Part shown: positions 17,028-26,950 of the stretch, in pieces
How positions within the stretch are numbered: the first letter of the stretch is position 1
Layout: each line of letters starts with the position of its first letter
NCBI GenBank assembly: GCA_948512295.1
Contig: CAOQRA010000001.1
Span: 18,800-82,799, forward strand
Source of the DNA: an uncultured Eubacteriales bacterium
GTDB lineage: Bacteria; Bacillota; Clostridia; Christensenellales; UBA1242
Direction: 5' to 3'
DNA length: 64,000 bases
Notes under the pieces: model-generated
Told to the model about the DNA's origin: nothing
Database searches by the model: none
Seen by the model: only the letters and a program-made list of their open reading frames with translations
Position numbers and translations under genes: made by a program

Positions 17028-17569
17028 AAAAACTATTACTTCATAGTTGCTGTGGGCCTTGCAGCACCCATGTCATCAATGTTTTAAAAGACTCTTATGA
17101 TATTACTATTTTTTATTACAATCCTAATATTGACACGAACGAAGAATATCAGCTTAGGCTTAATGAGCAAAAACGCTTCTGCAGCGCAATAAATGTTCCT
17201 GTTTTAGAGGTCGGTTATAACGCCGAGGAGTTTTTGCAGTTTGTCAAAGGTTATGAAAAAGAAAAAGAGGGCGGCGCTCGTTGCAGTTTATGTTTTCAAT
17301 TGCGCCTTGATAGAACAGCCAAAGAGGCTAAGTTAAGAGGCTTTGATTGTTTTGCTACCACGTTGACAGTAAGCCCCCATAAAAATAGCATCGTAATCAA
17401 TAGCATTGGTAAGGAAATAGAAAAAGTACAAGAAGTACCTTTTATTGATGGCAATTTTAAAAAACAAGATGGCTACAAAAAAAGCATAGATTTAAGTCGG
17501 CAGTACAATCTTTATAGACAAAACTATTGTGGTTGTCAATTTTCAAAGAGGATGCAAAATGGAGAATAA
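17024..17569 (+). CDS. queH: Epoxyqueuosine reductase QueH (DUF208)
   Basis: LLLHSCCGPCS at the N-terminus and YRQNYCGCQFS near the C-terminus, about 180 aa. Confidence 0.85.
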   Translation: MKKLLLHSCCGPCSTHVINVLKDSYDITIFYYNPNIDTNEEYQLRLNEQKRFCSAINVPVLEVGYNAEEFLQFVKGYEKEKEGGARCSLCFQLRLDRTAKEAKLRGFDCFATTLTVSPHKNSIVINSIGKEIEKVQEVPFIDGNFKKQDGYKKSIDLSRQYNLYRQNYCGCQFSKRMQNGE

Positions 17570-18344
17570 GTTTCCTATTTTCGAAGAAACAAAGCTTGAA
17601 AAGAAAGAAAAAAAAGAAGTTACATGGATATATTGTTTATCTGTGTTTATCTTCTTTGCTGTTTTAGCGTTTGTGGGTTTTAGATTTTGGGTTTATTTTA
17701 ACTTTAGTTTCTTCCCAGTTCGTGGCACATCTATGGAGCCCGGTATAAATCAAGGGGCGCCGTCTGGTACGGTATGTGATGGCGTGTTAGTTCAGAAAAA
17801 TTGCGGTTTCACATATGGAGATGTTGTAATTGTTCAGCCAGATGGGCAAGACAGCACTTGGATTAAAAGAGTGATTGCTATGGAGGGCGATAAAATCAGC
17901 ATTAAGAAAGATGCAACCGATGGTTTTTATCATGTCAGCCTTATATATAAGGATAGCGATACTATTGAAGTTTTGCAAGAGGACTATATAAATGGTTATG
18001 CAGAGTGGACAAGCGGAATTAGCGAAACGACTTATCAGAATGTTCAATATGAAGGTAATTTTTACAATCAATTCATTGCCAAAGGTAAAAATTTAACTAA
18101 AGAAGCCGATGGTGCGTATTATTATCAAATTCAGCCAGGTCAATTTTTCTTTTTAGGAGATAACAGACAAGTTAGTATGGATTCTCGCTATGTGGGCACC
18201 TTTAGAACCAGCCAAGTTGTGGCAGTTGCAAGGCTTGTACTTCCGCGTGCAGGCATGGTTAAAAATCAAAATCAACTTTGGGCAATAATCTTTAAAGGCT
18301 ATGTAGATTATTTCTGGCAAGTTATATGTGATTTTTTTGCATAA
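17559..18344 (+). CDS. lepB: Signal peptidase I (S26)
   Basis: N-terminal TM, catalytic Ser box VRGTSMEPGI, and GDNRQVSMDSRYVG box. The ATG at 17559 is preferred over the upstream alternative start of the track ORF. Confidence 0.88.
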   Translation: MENKFPIFEETKLEKKEKKEVTWIYCLSVFIFFAVLAFVGFRFWVYFNFSFFPVRGTSMEPGINQGAPSGTVCDGVLVQKNCGFTYGDVVIVQPDGQDSTWIKRVIAMEGDKISIKKDATDGFYHVSLIYKDSDTIEVLQEDYINGYAEWTSGISETTYQNVQYEGNFYNQFIAKGKNLTKEADGAYYYQIQPGQFFFLGDNRQVSMDSRYVGTFRTSQVVAVARLVLPRAGMVKNQNQLWAIIFKGYVDYFWQVICDFFA

Positions 18345-18435
18345 ATAGTTAATTTGTTTGGAGATAAGGCAATAATATGTTACAATAAATCTAACAAGGC
18401 AAGGTATTTGCCGTGAATAAAAAGGAGATGATATA

Positions 18436-18708
18436 ATGAATAAAGCAGAGTTTATTAAAGCATTCGCTGAAAAAGCAAACTTCACTCAAAAGGATGCTGG
18501 TATTGCCTTTGATGCAATGGCAGCTACAATTGCTGACGTACTAAAAAAAGGTGAAAAAATTCAAATAGCAGGCTTTGGCACTTACGAAGTAAAAACAAGA
18601 GCTGCGAGGGAGGGTATTAATCCTCTTACAAAAGCAAAGGTTAAAATTCCGGCTTGCAAAGTGCCTAATTTTAAATTCGGAAACAGCTTTAAAGATATTA
18701 TTCAATAA
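18436..18708 (+). CDS. hup: DNA-binding protein HU
   Basis: MNKAEFIKAFAEKANFTQKDA...IAGFGTYEVKTRAAREGINPLTKAKVKIPACKVPNFKFGNSFKD is canonical HU, 90 aa. Confidence 0.95.
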   Translation: MNKAEFIKAFAEKANFTQKDAGIAFDAMAATIADVLKKGEKIQIAGFGTYEVKTRAAREGINPLTKAKVKIPACKVPNFKFGNSFKDIIQ

Positions 18709-18733
18709 AAAATTCCCCAATCGGGGATTTTTT
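18707..18733. terminator. Rho-independent terminator after hup
   Basis: aaaaaattcccc-aatc-ggggatttttt, flanked by A and T runs. Confidence 0.75.
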
Positions 18734-18838
18734 ATTGTTGAATAACACTCGATTAAAACATGTGGATAGATATTAGAAAAACACATTGATTTCAAATATT
18801 AAGTTAAGCTTAATTCATTGTTCTTTCTTAAATCATTC

Positions 18839-19423
18839 TTATTCATTCATCGATATAATTACATAGCCTTGAGGGTAAGCGCAAAGCGGACAGTTTTTCC
18901 AAGCCTCTTTAGCCTCATGCTTATGGCCGCAGTTGCCGCAGGTCCATGGCATTTTGTTTGCGCTTTTATAAAGTTTTCCGCCTTTATACATATTTGCAAG
19001 CGACAAAAGTTTTTGAAAATGAATTTGTTCAACTTCTGCAATCAGTTTAAACGCCTGAGCAATGTCCATAAAGCCCTCGTCTTGCGCAACTCTTGCAAAA
19101 CTAGGATAGATATTTTTGGCTTCATATTCTTCTATAGTGGAGGCCGTTTTTAAACTAACCTTAAGCGCTGACGGTTCAAACGGATAGCCAGCTTCAATTG
19201 GTACATTATCTTCTTTGCCTTGGCAATGTTCAAGCATGAGTTCATAAAATCGCATTGCATGTGCCATTTCATTTTTGGCGAGTTGTTTTAATTGGTCGCT
19301 TATATTGGACAAACTTTCTTTCATAGCCTCTTTTGCCATAAATTGATATCTTGCTCCGTCTTGACATTCTGCCGCAAAGGCGCGTGCTAAGTTTTCTTTA
19401 GTTTTACTTTTTTGAAAATCCAT
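18839..19423 (-). CDS. rbr: Rubrerythrin
   Basis: Ferritin-like diiron N-domain (ARAFAAECQDGARYQF, NEMAHAMRF) plus a C-terminal rubredoxin CxxC...CxxC (WTCGNCGHKH...CPLCAYP). Confidence 0.9.
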   Translation of the reverse strand: MDFQKSKTKENLARAFAAECQDGARYQFMAKEAMKESLSNISDQLKQLAKNEMAHAMRFYELMLEHCQGKEDNVPIEAGYPFEPSALKVSLKTASTIEEYEAKNIYPSFARVAQDEGFMDIAQAFKLIAEVEQIHFQKLLSLANMYKGGKLYKSANKMPWTCGNCGHKHEAKEAWKNCPLCAYPQGYVIISMNE

Positions 19424-19521
19424 TTTTTCCTCCTTGAAATAATTATGTTCATAATTTTAACCACTTAAACATTTGCATTTTTGCTTTGAATTATGTAAAC
19501 TATATTTAATAGAGGTGAGTT

Positions 19522-20247
19522 ATGCAAGAAAACAGCAAGCTTAAAGCTGAAAAATATAAAAAAGTTCATTATCATTTGCTTCGTAAAAATTATAAAAAAG
19601 TTATTGAGAAAATGGATAAAAATCTGAACTATTTCAGAATTTCTTTAGATGGACCTTTTGCAGGTAAAGAAATTATTTATGATGTCAAAAGTAATATGCT
19701 TTCCAATGCCGGCCTTGTAATAAGCAAACAATTTGAAGGTAAGGATGCATACTTCAAAGTGAGAAAAATTAGCACTCTATCAGAGGGATACAAACGTCCA
19801 GGACAGAAGTTTAACTTGTCAGAAGTACATTCAAATGAAGAGCCTAAAAATTTTCCTGTGCAAATTGCTAATGCAATAGCAAATGCCTATTCTGGAGCGT
19901 TTACTATAGACCTGGTTTCAGTTGTACGTCAAACAATACCTAAAATTCAAATTGATGTCAAAGGCTTAAAGTATTTTATTCATGGCGGCACAGGCTATGA
20001 AGGCGTACTATTATATGAAGAAGCAGTTTACAAAGATATTACGACTGGTAAAAAAGTTAAAAGAAATGGCTTTACTTTAAAACTTCCGACTTCAGAAAAA
20101 TGGAATAAAGAAAGTCAAGAAATCATTGACACGATAGAGCATTATTGTAAAGAGCTTTATCGCTATGAACTCGGTCGTTTTGAAATTGCTCAAAGACTTT
20201 TGTATCCTGAGCCTTTTAAAGAAGAAAAACCAAAAGAGGACGAGTAA
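19522..20247 (+). CDS. Hypothetical protein (241 aa)
   Basis: ORF with SD agaggtg and a terminator downstream. No family recognised. Confidence 0.6.
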   Translation: MQENSKLKAEKYKKVHYHLLRKNYKKVIEKMDKNLNYFRISLDGPFAGKEIIYDVKSNMLSNAGLVISKQFEGKDAYFKVRKISTLSEGYKRPGQKFNLSEVHSNEEPKNFPVQIANAIANAYSGAFTIDLVSVVRQTIPKIQIDVKGLKYFIHGGTGYEGVLLYEEAVYKDITTGKKVKRNGFTLKLPTSEKWNKESQEIIDTIEHYCKELYRYELGRFEIAQRLLYPEPFKEEKPKEDE

Positions 20248-20286
20248 ACTGACGTCATACAATCAAAATAACTTTATCAATAAATT

Positions 20287-20311
20287 AAGCAGTATTTCTT
20301 ACTGCTTTTTT
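20287..20311 (+). terminator. Rho-independent terminator
   Basis: aagcagta / tactgctt stem followed by a T run. Confidence 0.8.
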
Positions 20312-20345
20312 CATATCAGGTTTAAAGTATGCATAGATTAAATTA

Positions 20346-21770
20346 GTGAAAAATAGGGACAAGTTGCCATTTTTGGCCAAATTAAGTTATGGAATTGGTT
20401 GCCTTGGGTATGGTTGTATGGGAAACACTCTTGGCAATTTTATCATGTTTTTTGGGACCAGTGTTATGGGCATTTCAGGAACGCTTGTCGGAATTGCCAT
20501 GGCTATCGCATCCCTATGGGATGGCGTTAGCGATCCTTTTGTAGGGTATCTTTCCGATAACACTAAAAACAAATTTTTTGGGCGACGATTGGGATATATG
20601 TTTTTCGGATCGTTTGCAATCGCGCTTGCAAATATTTTGATTTGGTCTATGCCGGCTTCTTTTGGACAAGTGGGAAAGTTTCTTTGGCTGCTTTTATCCA
20701 TGCTTGTTATTGAAACTGCAAACACCTTTTTCGGAACTCCATATTCTGCACTAGGCATTGATCTTGCTCCCGATTATAACGAGCAGTCAAAAGTGCAAAG
20801 TTTTAAAACGATGTTTTCTATTATTGGCATGATTATGCCTAGTATTTTAATGTATATTTTTATGCCGTCTTTATCACTTAATATTCAAACTCAGTTCAGT
20901 CAAGAGGGGTATATAAATATTGCCTATGTCAATTCTGCAATGGTGTTAATCTGTGGAACGCTTGTCACACTTGGCACAATTAGACATGCTCAAAAGCATA
21001 ACAAAATTGTTATGCAGTCTTTTAAAAAAGAAAAATTCAGTCTTGGTAAACTTATGTCAGGCTATTTTGAGGTTTTGAAAAAAAGAGATTTTCGTTCTGT
21101 TATACTCGGCTATTCGGCTGCACTTATTGCTTCCGCATTTTTAACTTCAGTTGGTATGCATCTTTTTACCTATTGTTATCATTTTGCAAGTCCTCAAATT
21201 TCCATTCTTTTGATTGCTTTATTTGGTGGTGCAATTGCTTCGCAGCCGCTTTGGCTTTATGTTTCTAAACGCTTAGATAAGAAAAGAGCACTCATTATAT
21301 CTTTGTCTTTAATAGTTTTAGGCATTGCGCTTACCACTTTGACATTTTTATTTAGGTCTTATGCTAATCCAAATGTAATGTTTTTCTATGTGCTGCCCTG
21401 CATTATCTTTTGCGGTTTGGGAGCGGGGGCTATGTACAGTTTGCCTATGAGTATGTATGCAGATGTGGTTACACTTGAGATGTATAAGACGGGTAAAAAT
21501 AATGCGGGCGCCTATTCGGGATTTTTCACTTTTACCTACAATCTTGCCAATTCGCTTTCATTGCTTGTAATAGGCTTTTTATTAGATGTCGTAAAATTTG
21601 ATAGTACACAGCCTGTGCAAGCCATGTCAGTGCAAAATGGTCTAGGGATTATCGTCTTTTTTGGCTGCTGTATAGCCTTGGCTGTTTCCATAACGCTTTT
21701 TTCAAGATATTCAATAAAACGCTCTGATGTTTTAAAAGTACAACTTATGAAAAATGACAAAGATGAATAA
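20346..21770 (+). CDS. GPH-family (glycoside-pentoside-hexuronide) cation symporter, MFS superfamily
   Basis: About 12 TM segments. N-terminus LSYGIGCLGYG...WDGVSDPFVGYLSDNTKNKFGRR matches the D-x-x-x-DP-x-x-G-x-x-x-D signature of MelB/YihO-like carriers. GTG start. Confidence 0.8.
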   Translation: MKNRDKLPFLAKLSYGIGCLGYGCMGNTLGNFIMFFGTSVMGISGTLVGIAMAIASLWDGVSDPFVGYLSDNTKNKFFGRRLGYMFFGSFAIALANILIWSMPASFGQVGKFLWLLLSMLVIETANTFFGTPYSALGIDLAPDYNEQSKVQSFKTMFSIIGMIMPSILMYIFMPSLSLNIQTQFSQEGYINIAYVNSAMVLICGTLVTLGTIRHAQKHNKIVMQSFKKEKFSLGKLMSGYFEVLKKRDFRSVILGYSAALIASAFLTSVGMHLFTYCYHFASPQISILLIALFGGAIASQPLWLYVSKRLDKKRALIISLSLIVLGIALTTLTFLFRSYANPNVMFFYVLPCIIFCGLGAGAMYSLPMSMYADVVTLEMYKTGKNNAGAYSGFFTFTYNLANSLSLLVIGFLLDVVKFDSTQPVQAMSVQNGLGIIVFFGCCIALAVSITLFSRYSIKRSDVLKVQLMKNDKDE

Positions 21771-21812
21771 TAGCTAAATTTTTTTGCATTAATAAATAAA
21801 CTGGAGTATTTT

Positions 21813-22292
21813 ATGAAAAAATTGGCTGTTATTGCATTTGTATTAACTTTTGCTTTGCAATTAAGTGGGTGTGGCAGCACTTTAGATACAGCGCAGGTGT
21901 CTTTGGATAAAACTTTGTTAGGCGAAGATATTGTTTTTGAGTATAATAAGGAGGCAAAGCTTATCAAAATCAGCGGTGAGATAGAATATTATGAGCAAGA
22001 CATTTTGAAAGGCTGGGATAAGGCAGGGAATCGTATTGGACTTACTTTCGTTGCACCAAGCGGTGTCAACGAACTTGAAAGTGGAAGCCTTGAATATTTA
22101 GATCAAAATATAGGCGGCGGAGAATTTTATACACAAGTTAACGGCAGTAAAGTGGCAAGATTTACAATTTATCCTTTAATTGAGGAAAATACGTCAGAGT
22201 TTGAAATAAAGTTAACCTGGCAAGAGGGGGCAAAAGTGCAGGTTTATAAAGTTAAGCTTGAAGATGTTAAATTAAAAGAAAATACGCTTTAA
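21813..22292 (+). CDS. Hypothetical lipoprotein (159 aa)
   Basis: Signal peptide with lipobox LQLSGC. Confidence 0.65.
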   Translation: MKKLAVIAFVLTFALQLSGCGSTLDTAQVSLDKTLLGEDIVFEYNKEAKLIKISGEIEYYEQDILKGWDKAGNRIGLTFVAPSGVNELESGSLEYLDQNIGGGEFYTQVNGSKVARFTIYPLIEENTSEFEIKLTWQEGAKVQVYKVKLEDVKLKENTL

Positions 22293-22454
22293 TAACCTTG
22301 CTTAAAATAAAAACTTTTGTAAAGCAAATAAGAATAGGCATAAAAAAACAAAAGGCAACTTGAGTTGCACAAGTGATCGCATTGGAGTTTTTTAATTAAA
22401 CGCAGCAGTGTGTCGCAAAGTGGACATTTAAAATAAACTTGAAAACCTGAAATT

Positions 22455-22477
22455 AAAAAAGGTGCTTGAACAGCACC
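22455..22477 (-). terminator. Rho-independent terminator of the IMPase gene
   Basis: ggtgct-tgaa-cagcacc lies immediately after the TAA. On the minus strand a T6 run follows. Confidence 0.8.
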
Positions 22478-23239
22478 TTAGAGAGCTTTTTTAAATTCAG
22501 TTTGAATGAATTTTGCAATATTTTCATTGGCAGCGGCTATAGAGTATTCAACCGTTTTGTATGTTTCGTGTATCACATGTCCACCAGATTCTTTGACGAT
22601 AAGCTCGCCAGGTAAGTAGTCCCAAGGCGTGTGTATTGGCGCAAAGCAAGCGCCTAAACAAGAGTTTGCAACCATAGACAATGCAAAACAAGCAGAGCCA
22701 TGTTTACGTGAGATTAGTATTTTATTTTCTATACTATTTAAACAATCGTTAAATGCTTTTTTGTGCGCAGCTGATGGCTTAATATCGCCAGTACTAATTA
22801 CGACATCTTTTAAATCAACATTTGGATTGATATTTATTTGTTTAAAATTGCAATAAGCACCGTCTCCATTTTTTGCAGTGAAAAGGAGATTAAATTTAGG
22901 CAAATATATAACTGAGAACTGGGTTTCTTCATGGTCTACAAAGGCGAGTTGCACGCCCCATTCGGGAAGCCCGTTTGCGAAGTTTACAGTGCCATCAATA
23001 GGGTCAATAACCCAACTTCGTGAGGATATTTTCTTTTCATAATTTGTTTCTTCGCTGACAATGTTATCTTTAGGAAATTTCTTTTTAATCTGCTCAATGA
23101 TGAATTTTTCCACTTCTAAATCTTTATCGGTGACAATATCAAACTTGCCTTTGTCATGTGTTTTAAATTTTCCATCAGTTGCAATCTTGCCTGCTTTTAG
23201 AATAAGATTGATGCCAAGTTTCATTTCTTTTTCAAACAT
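22478..23239 (-). CDS. Inositol monophosphatase family protein (SuhB-like)
   Basis: WVIDPIDGTVNFANGLPEWGV motif, about 250 aa. Confidence 0.88.
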   Translation of the reverse strand: MFEKEMKLGINLILKAGKIATDGKFKTHDKGKFDIVTDKDLEVEKFIIEQIKKKFPKDNIVSEETNYEKKISSRSWVIDPIDGTVNFANGLPEWGVQLAFVDHEETQFSVIYLPKFNLLFTAKNGDGAYCNFKQININPNVDLKDVVISTGDIKPSAAHKKAFNDCLNSIENKILISRKHGSACFALSMVANSCLGACFAPIHTPWDYLPGELIVKESGGHVIHETYKTVEYSIAAANENIAKFIQTEFKKAL

Positions 23240-23324
23240 TATATACCTCTTATCTCACTCTAGCATTTTTTGCCACTTTTTGTCAAATGAAAAAGAGAAA
23301 TGATAGCAAGTAAATAATTTTATA

Positions 23325-23352
23325 AAAAAGACTCGCATACGCGAGTATTTTT
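23325..23352 (-). terminator. Rho-independent terminator after tRNA-Glu
   Basis: actcgc-atac-gcgagt, flanked by an A6 run and a T-rich run (atttttt). Confidence 0.75.
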
Positions 23353-23427
23353 TGGTACCCTCTAGGGGAGTCGAACCCCTCACTCCGCCGTGAAAGGGCG
23401 ATGTCTTAACCGATTGACCAAGAGGGC
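23353..23427 (-). tRNA. tRNA-Glu (anticodon UUC), CCA encoded
   Basis: The anticodon arm cgcc-CUUUCAC-ggcg is nearly identical to classic bacterial tRNA-Glu. T-arm agggg-ttcgact-cccct. The acceptor has a G1-U72 pair. Confidence 0.85.
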
Positions 23428-23491
23428 ATTTTTTAAGGTACTCGTTAAGTATACGAAAAAACTAATGCTCTGTCAAGCGTTTTTTCAAAAT

Positions 23492-24223
23492 TTATTGTAA
23501 ATTATCTCTAGCTATTGCTGCAACATATATCATATCAGCATAACTGACTAAAAGTTTGGATATTTCATTCAAGGTTGCACATGTGGTCATTACGTCATCA
23601 ACTATTAAAACATTTTTACCTTTGATTGCATTTTTATCTTTTAATACAAAACATTGCTCTACATTTGTTAATCTTTCACGGTAGGGTAACTTTTTTTGAT
23701 CTTGTGTTTGTTTATTTTTCTCTAAAATAGGTAGGTATGGTCTATTTAACAGCACAGAAAGTTCTCTTGCAAGTAATTCGGACTGGTTATACCCTCGTTT
23801 TTTCCTTGTTTTTTCATGTATAGGCACGGCAAGAATAATATCTATTTTAATATTGTCTTCTTTTAATCTTTGATATATCAATTTTGCAAAAGGCTTTGCA
23901 AGATATCTCGCATTGTCATTTTTAAACTTTAGTATTGAGTTTTTGGCATAGCCCTCATAATTTAGAGGGCAAAATGCCTTGTCAAAACATTTAGATCGTA
24001 TTCCACAGAAGTCGCATACAATATTCCCTTCTTTTATTATCATATCGCAGCGCTCACATTTGTGCCCTACATTTAGCAGCCCGAGTTTTTCGCAATGTTC
24101 ACAATATGGTTTGTTTTCAAAATCTAAGATATCTCTTCCGCAAAAAATGCACTTTAGACCATTAGGGTAAAGTATATCACATAATTTATCTTTTGTTTTA
24201 ATTATAATATTTTTCAAAGTCAT
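23492..24223 (-). CDS. comFC: ComF-family protein (phosphoribosyltransferase domain, ComFC-like)
   Basis: N-terminal Cys4 zinc-finger motifs (CIFCGRDI...CEHC, CERCDM...CDFC) and PRT motif VLIVDDVMTTCATL. Confidence 0.82.
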   Translation of the reverse strand: MTLKNIIIKTKDKLCDILYPNGLKCIFCGRDILDFENKPYCEHCEKLGLLNVGHKCERCDMIIKEGNIVCDFCGIRSKCFDKAFCPLNYEGYAKNSILKFKNDNARYLAKPFAKLIYQRLKEDNIKIDIILAVPIHEKTRKKRGYNQSELLARELSVLLNRPYLPILEKNKQTQDQKKLPYRERLTNVEQCFVLKDKNAIKGKNVLIVDDVMTTCATLNEISKLLVSYADMIYVAAIARDNLQ

Positions 24224-24227
24224 AAGT

Positions 24228-26453
24228 TTAATTAAATAATTCGTTTATTTTTTCGTCGTTAGAGATTAACAAGTCTTTTAATAGCGTAAAACGTTGCACA
24301 GTATAATTGTTTGCTACCATTCGTTTGAGGTTGGCTTTTTCTCCCACTAATACCACCATTTTTTTTGCACGAGTCACAGCGGTATATATAAGATTACGTG
24401 TCAGAATCATGCTGGGGCCTGCGATGCAAGGGATAACTACGACATCAAATTCAGAGCCTTGGCTTTTATGAATAGTGATGGAGTAAGCAAGGGTTAGCTG
24501 ACTTATATCAGTACGAGGATAAACGCAAATGCGCCCATCTTCAAAGTTTACAGTGACTTCGTTGGTTTGAAAGTCTATTTTATCTATATATCCTATATCG
24601 CCATTATAGACGCCCTCTCCCTCTTCTTCTATAAAACCATTTAACCTTTTCCAGATGAGATTATAGTTATTTGCGGTTTGCATAACTTTATCGCCCTCGC
24701 GATATATGTTTTCGCCAATAACAAGCTCTTGCTTGTAAACAGAGGGCGGATTTAATTTTTCTTGCAAAGATTTATTAAGATTGTCAATTCCGCATACGCC
24801 CGCTTTGAGGGGAGCTAATATTTGAATCTGCACGGGCTGCAGTTTGGTAAATTTGGGAAGTCGTGAGGTAATAAGTTCTATAATTGAGTTTTTAATTTGG
24901 AGTAAATCGGAATGCTCTTCAAAAAAGAAGTCTTGTGAAGAGTTGTCTATGATTGGCATTTTCCCAGAGTTTATAAGGTGAGCGTTTGAAATAATTAAAC
25001 TATTGTCGGCTTGTCGATATATTTTTGTCAGCATGGAAACATTAATTTTGCCACATTTTAAAATGTCGTCAAGTACATTTCCTGCGCCCACGCTTGGCAA
25101 TTGGTCTTTATCGCCCACCATGATGAGTTTGCAATCGCGCGGAAGTGCTTTGCAAAGATGGTTCATAAGTGCGATATCCACCATTGAAACCTCATCTATT
25201 ATTACAGCATGAGTTTCAAAGGGGTTGTTTTCATTATGAATAAATCTGCCAGTTTCCATCTTGCCAACTTCAAGCGCGCGATGGATTGTTTTGGCTTCAT
25301 AGCCTGTGCTGTCAGCCAGTCGTTTGGAAGCCCTGCCAGTAGGCGCAAGCAGCATAAAGTCCTTTTTATGTTGTGCCAAGATTTCAATTATACATTTGAT
25401 TATCGTCGTTTTTCCAGTACCTGGACCTCCAGTAATCACAGAAACGCCGTTGTTAATCGAGTTAATTATTGCATTTTTTTGCTCTTCATGAAAAATTATC
25501 TTATTTTTTTCTTCAAAATGTGTAATTTCGTGCGACACATCATACTTTTCATTGTTAACTGAACGATTTAAAAGGCTTAATTTTTGCGCTACTGCATTTT
25601 CGTAAAAATAGTACTGGCTAAGCATGACAATCTCAGTATTATCTCGCCACATAGTTTTAAAAGTTTTGTCAAGTATCAGATTATCAAGGGCAGAGGTGTA
25701 CATTTCTTTATATTCTTCATAGTTTAGTTCAAGCACGCTGGCGGCAATATTTAAAAGCATAGGCTTAGGGAGGTAGGTATTACCAGTTTTTTCTATTGAG
25801 TTATTCATAGCGTGCAATAAGCCAGCCCTCACGCGGAACTCACTAGTATGAGGAATGCCGATATTTTTAGCAATCTTATCCGCAGTCGTAAAGCCAATGC
25901 CTTGAACATCTTCAACCAGTCTATATGGATTGGTTTTTACGACATCAATGGTTTTATCTCCGTAAATTTCATAAATCTTCATGGACATATTTGTACTGAT
26001 ATTGTATTTTTGTAAAAACATTACAGAGTTTTGAAGTTTTTTAAGCTCTTTAAATTTCTCGCCAATTTCCAAAGCTTTTTTCATACTGACGTTCTTAATT
26101 TCAGCAAGTGAGGAGGGGGACATTTCAATGATGTCAAAAGTTTGCTCTTTAAAATGATTGACAATATTTTTTGCTGTGACAGGGCCTACGCCTTTGATAA
26201 GCCCCGAGGACAGATATTTTTCTATTCCTGTAAGCGAGGTGGGCATAATTATCTCATAGGTGGAAAAAGAAAATTGAACTCCATACTTGCTTTTAGTCCA
26301 TTCTCCTTCCATAGATATATTTTCACCTATATTTGTGGAAATCATTTTGCCGACTGCGGTCACCATAGTCCCATTTTGGTCAACTATTATAACAGAATAA
26401 CCGTTTTGTTCATTTCGGAAAATAATCTCTTCAATCACGCCTTCTATCTGCAT
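24228..26453 (-). CDS. recD2: RecD2-type SF1B ATP-dependent DNA helicase
   Basis: 741 aa. Walker A ITGGPGTGKTT, Walker B-type AVIIDEVSMVD, VGDKDQLPSVGAG, the YAITIHKSQGSE-like box SITIHKSQGSEF, and an N-terminal OB/HhH region. Confidence 0.9.
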   Translation of the reverse strand: MQIEGVIEEIIFRNEQNGYSVIIVDQNGTMVTAVGKMISTNIGENISMEGEWTKSKYGVQFSFSTYEIIMPTSLTGIEKYLSSGLIKGVGPVTAKNIVNHFKEQTFDIIEMSPSSLAEIKNVSMKKALEIGEKFKELKKLQNSVMFLQKYNISTNMSMKIYEIYGDKTIDVVKTNPYRLVEDVQGIGFTTADKIAKNIGIPHTSEFRVRAGLLHAMNNSIEKTGNTYLPKPMLLNIAASVLELNYEEYKEMYTSALDNLILDKTFKTMWRDNTEIVMLSQYYFYENAVAQKLSLLNRSVNNEKYDVSHEITHFEEKNKIIFHEEQKNAIINSINNGVSVITGGPGTGKTTIIKCIIEILAQHKKDFMLLAPTGRASKRLADSTGYEAKTIHRALEVGKMETGRFIHNENNPFETHAVIIDEVSMVDIALMNHLCKALPRDCKLIMVGDKDQLPSVGAGNVLDDILKCGKINVSMLTKIYRQADNSLIISNAHLINSGKMPIIDNSSQDFFFEEHSDLLQIKNSIIELITSRLPKFTKLQPVQIQILAPLKAGVCGIDNLNKSLQEKLNPPSVYKQELVIGENIYREGDKVMQTANNYNLIWKRLNGFIEEEGEGVYNGDIGYIDKIDFQTNEVTVNFEDGRICVYPRTDISQLTLAYSITIHKSQGSEFDVVVIPCIAGPSMILTRNLIYTAVTRAKKMVVLVGEKANLKRMVANNYTVQRFTLLKDLLISNDEKINELFN

Positions 26454-26540
26454 AGTTATATTTTAATGCTTTTTATATCGAAAAAGCAAGCAAAACGCTT
26501 GCAACTAATTTTTTTTTTAGGTATACTAAGATTAGATATT

Positions 26541-26924
26541 ATGGAACGGGCAAAAAAACTCCTAGAAATAGAGGCGTTAGCAGAAAATTTAATGAAAAAA
26601 CAAAAAAATATCAGTTCTCTTAAGCTGAAAATTCTTTTTTTTGCTTCTTTATATGAAAATTTATCTGTAAGCATGATTATTGAAAAGATAGGTATTAAAA
26701 AATCCAATTTTGCTCTCATGAGTGCTGAACTTGAAAAAGAGGGGCTTGTGGAAATTGCTAATGCAGAAATCGACAGGCGCTGTAGAGTGCTTCGCTTGAC
26801 GGAAAAAGGGAAAACTCTTTTACAAGCTTGTCAAGACAATATTTCGCAGGTTTTAGGAACGTGTAACCCCGAAGTAGACAGAGCGCTTGACGTGCTTTCA
26901 GACTTTCTCAATAAACGAATTTGA
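26541..26924 (+). CDS. MarR-family transcriptional regulator
   Basis: Winged HTH pattern SMIIEKIGIKKSNFALMSAELEKEGLVEI...DRRCRVLRLTEKGK. The track ORF (from 26142) overlaps recD2 antisense, so it was trimmed to the first ATG outside recD2. Confidence 0.7.
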   Translation: MERAKKLLEIEALAENLMKKQKNISSLKLKILFFASLYENLSVSMIIEKIGIKKSNFALMSAELEKEGLVEIANAEIDRRCRVLRLTEKGKTLLQACQDNISQVLGTCNPEVDRALDVLSDFLNKRI

Positions 26925-26950
26925 AACATATATAATGTTAGAGGATAATT

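Noticed and set aside
18818-19153. ORF 18818-19153 (+) and 18859-19041 (-)
   Set aside because: Both overlap the well-supported rubrerythrin gene in other frames.
26142-26540. N-terminal 133 codons of track ORF 26142-26924
   Set aside because: This part runs antisense through the 5' end of recD2 and has an implausible sequence. The MarR-like domain starts at ATG 26541, in the intergenic region.
26925-26950. T-box leader upstream of cysS
   Set aside because: Only 26 nt separate the MarR stop from the cysS start, so there is no room for a T-box.
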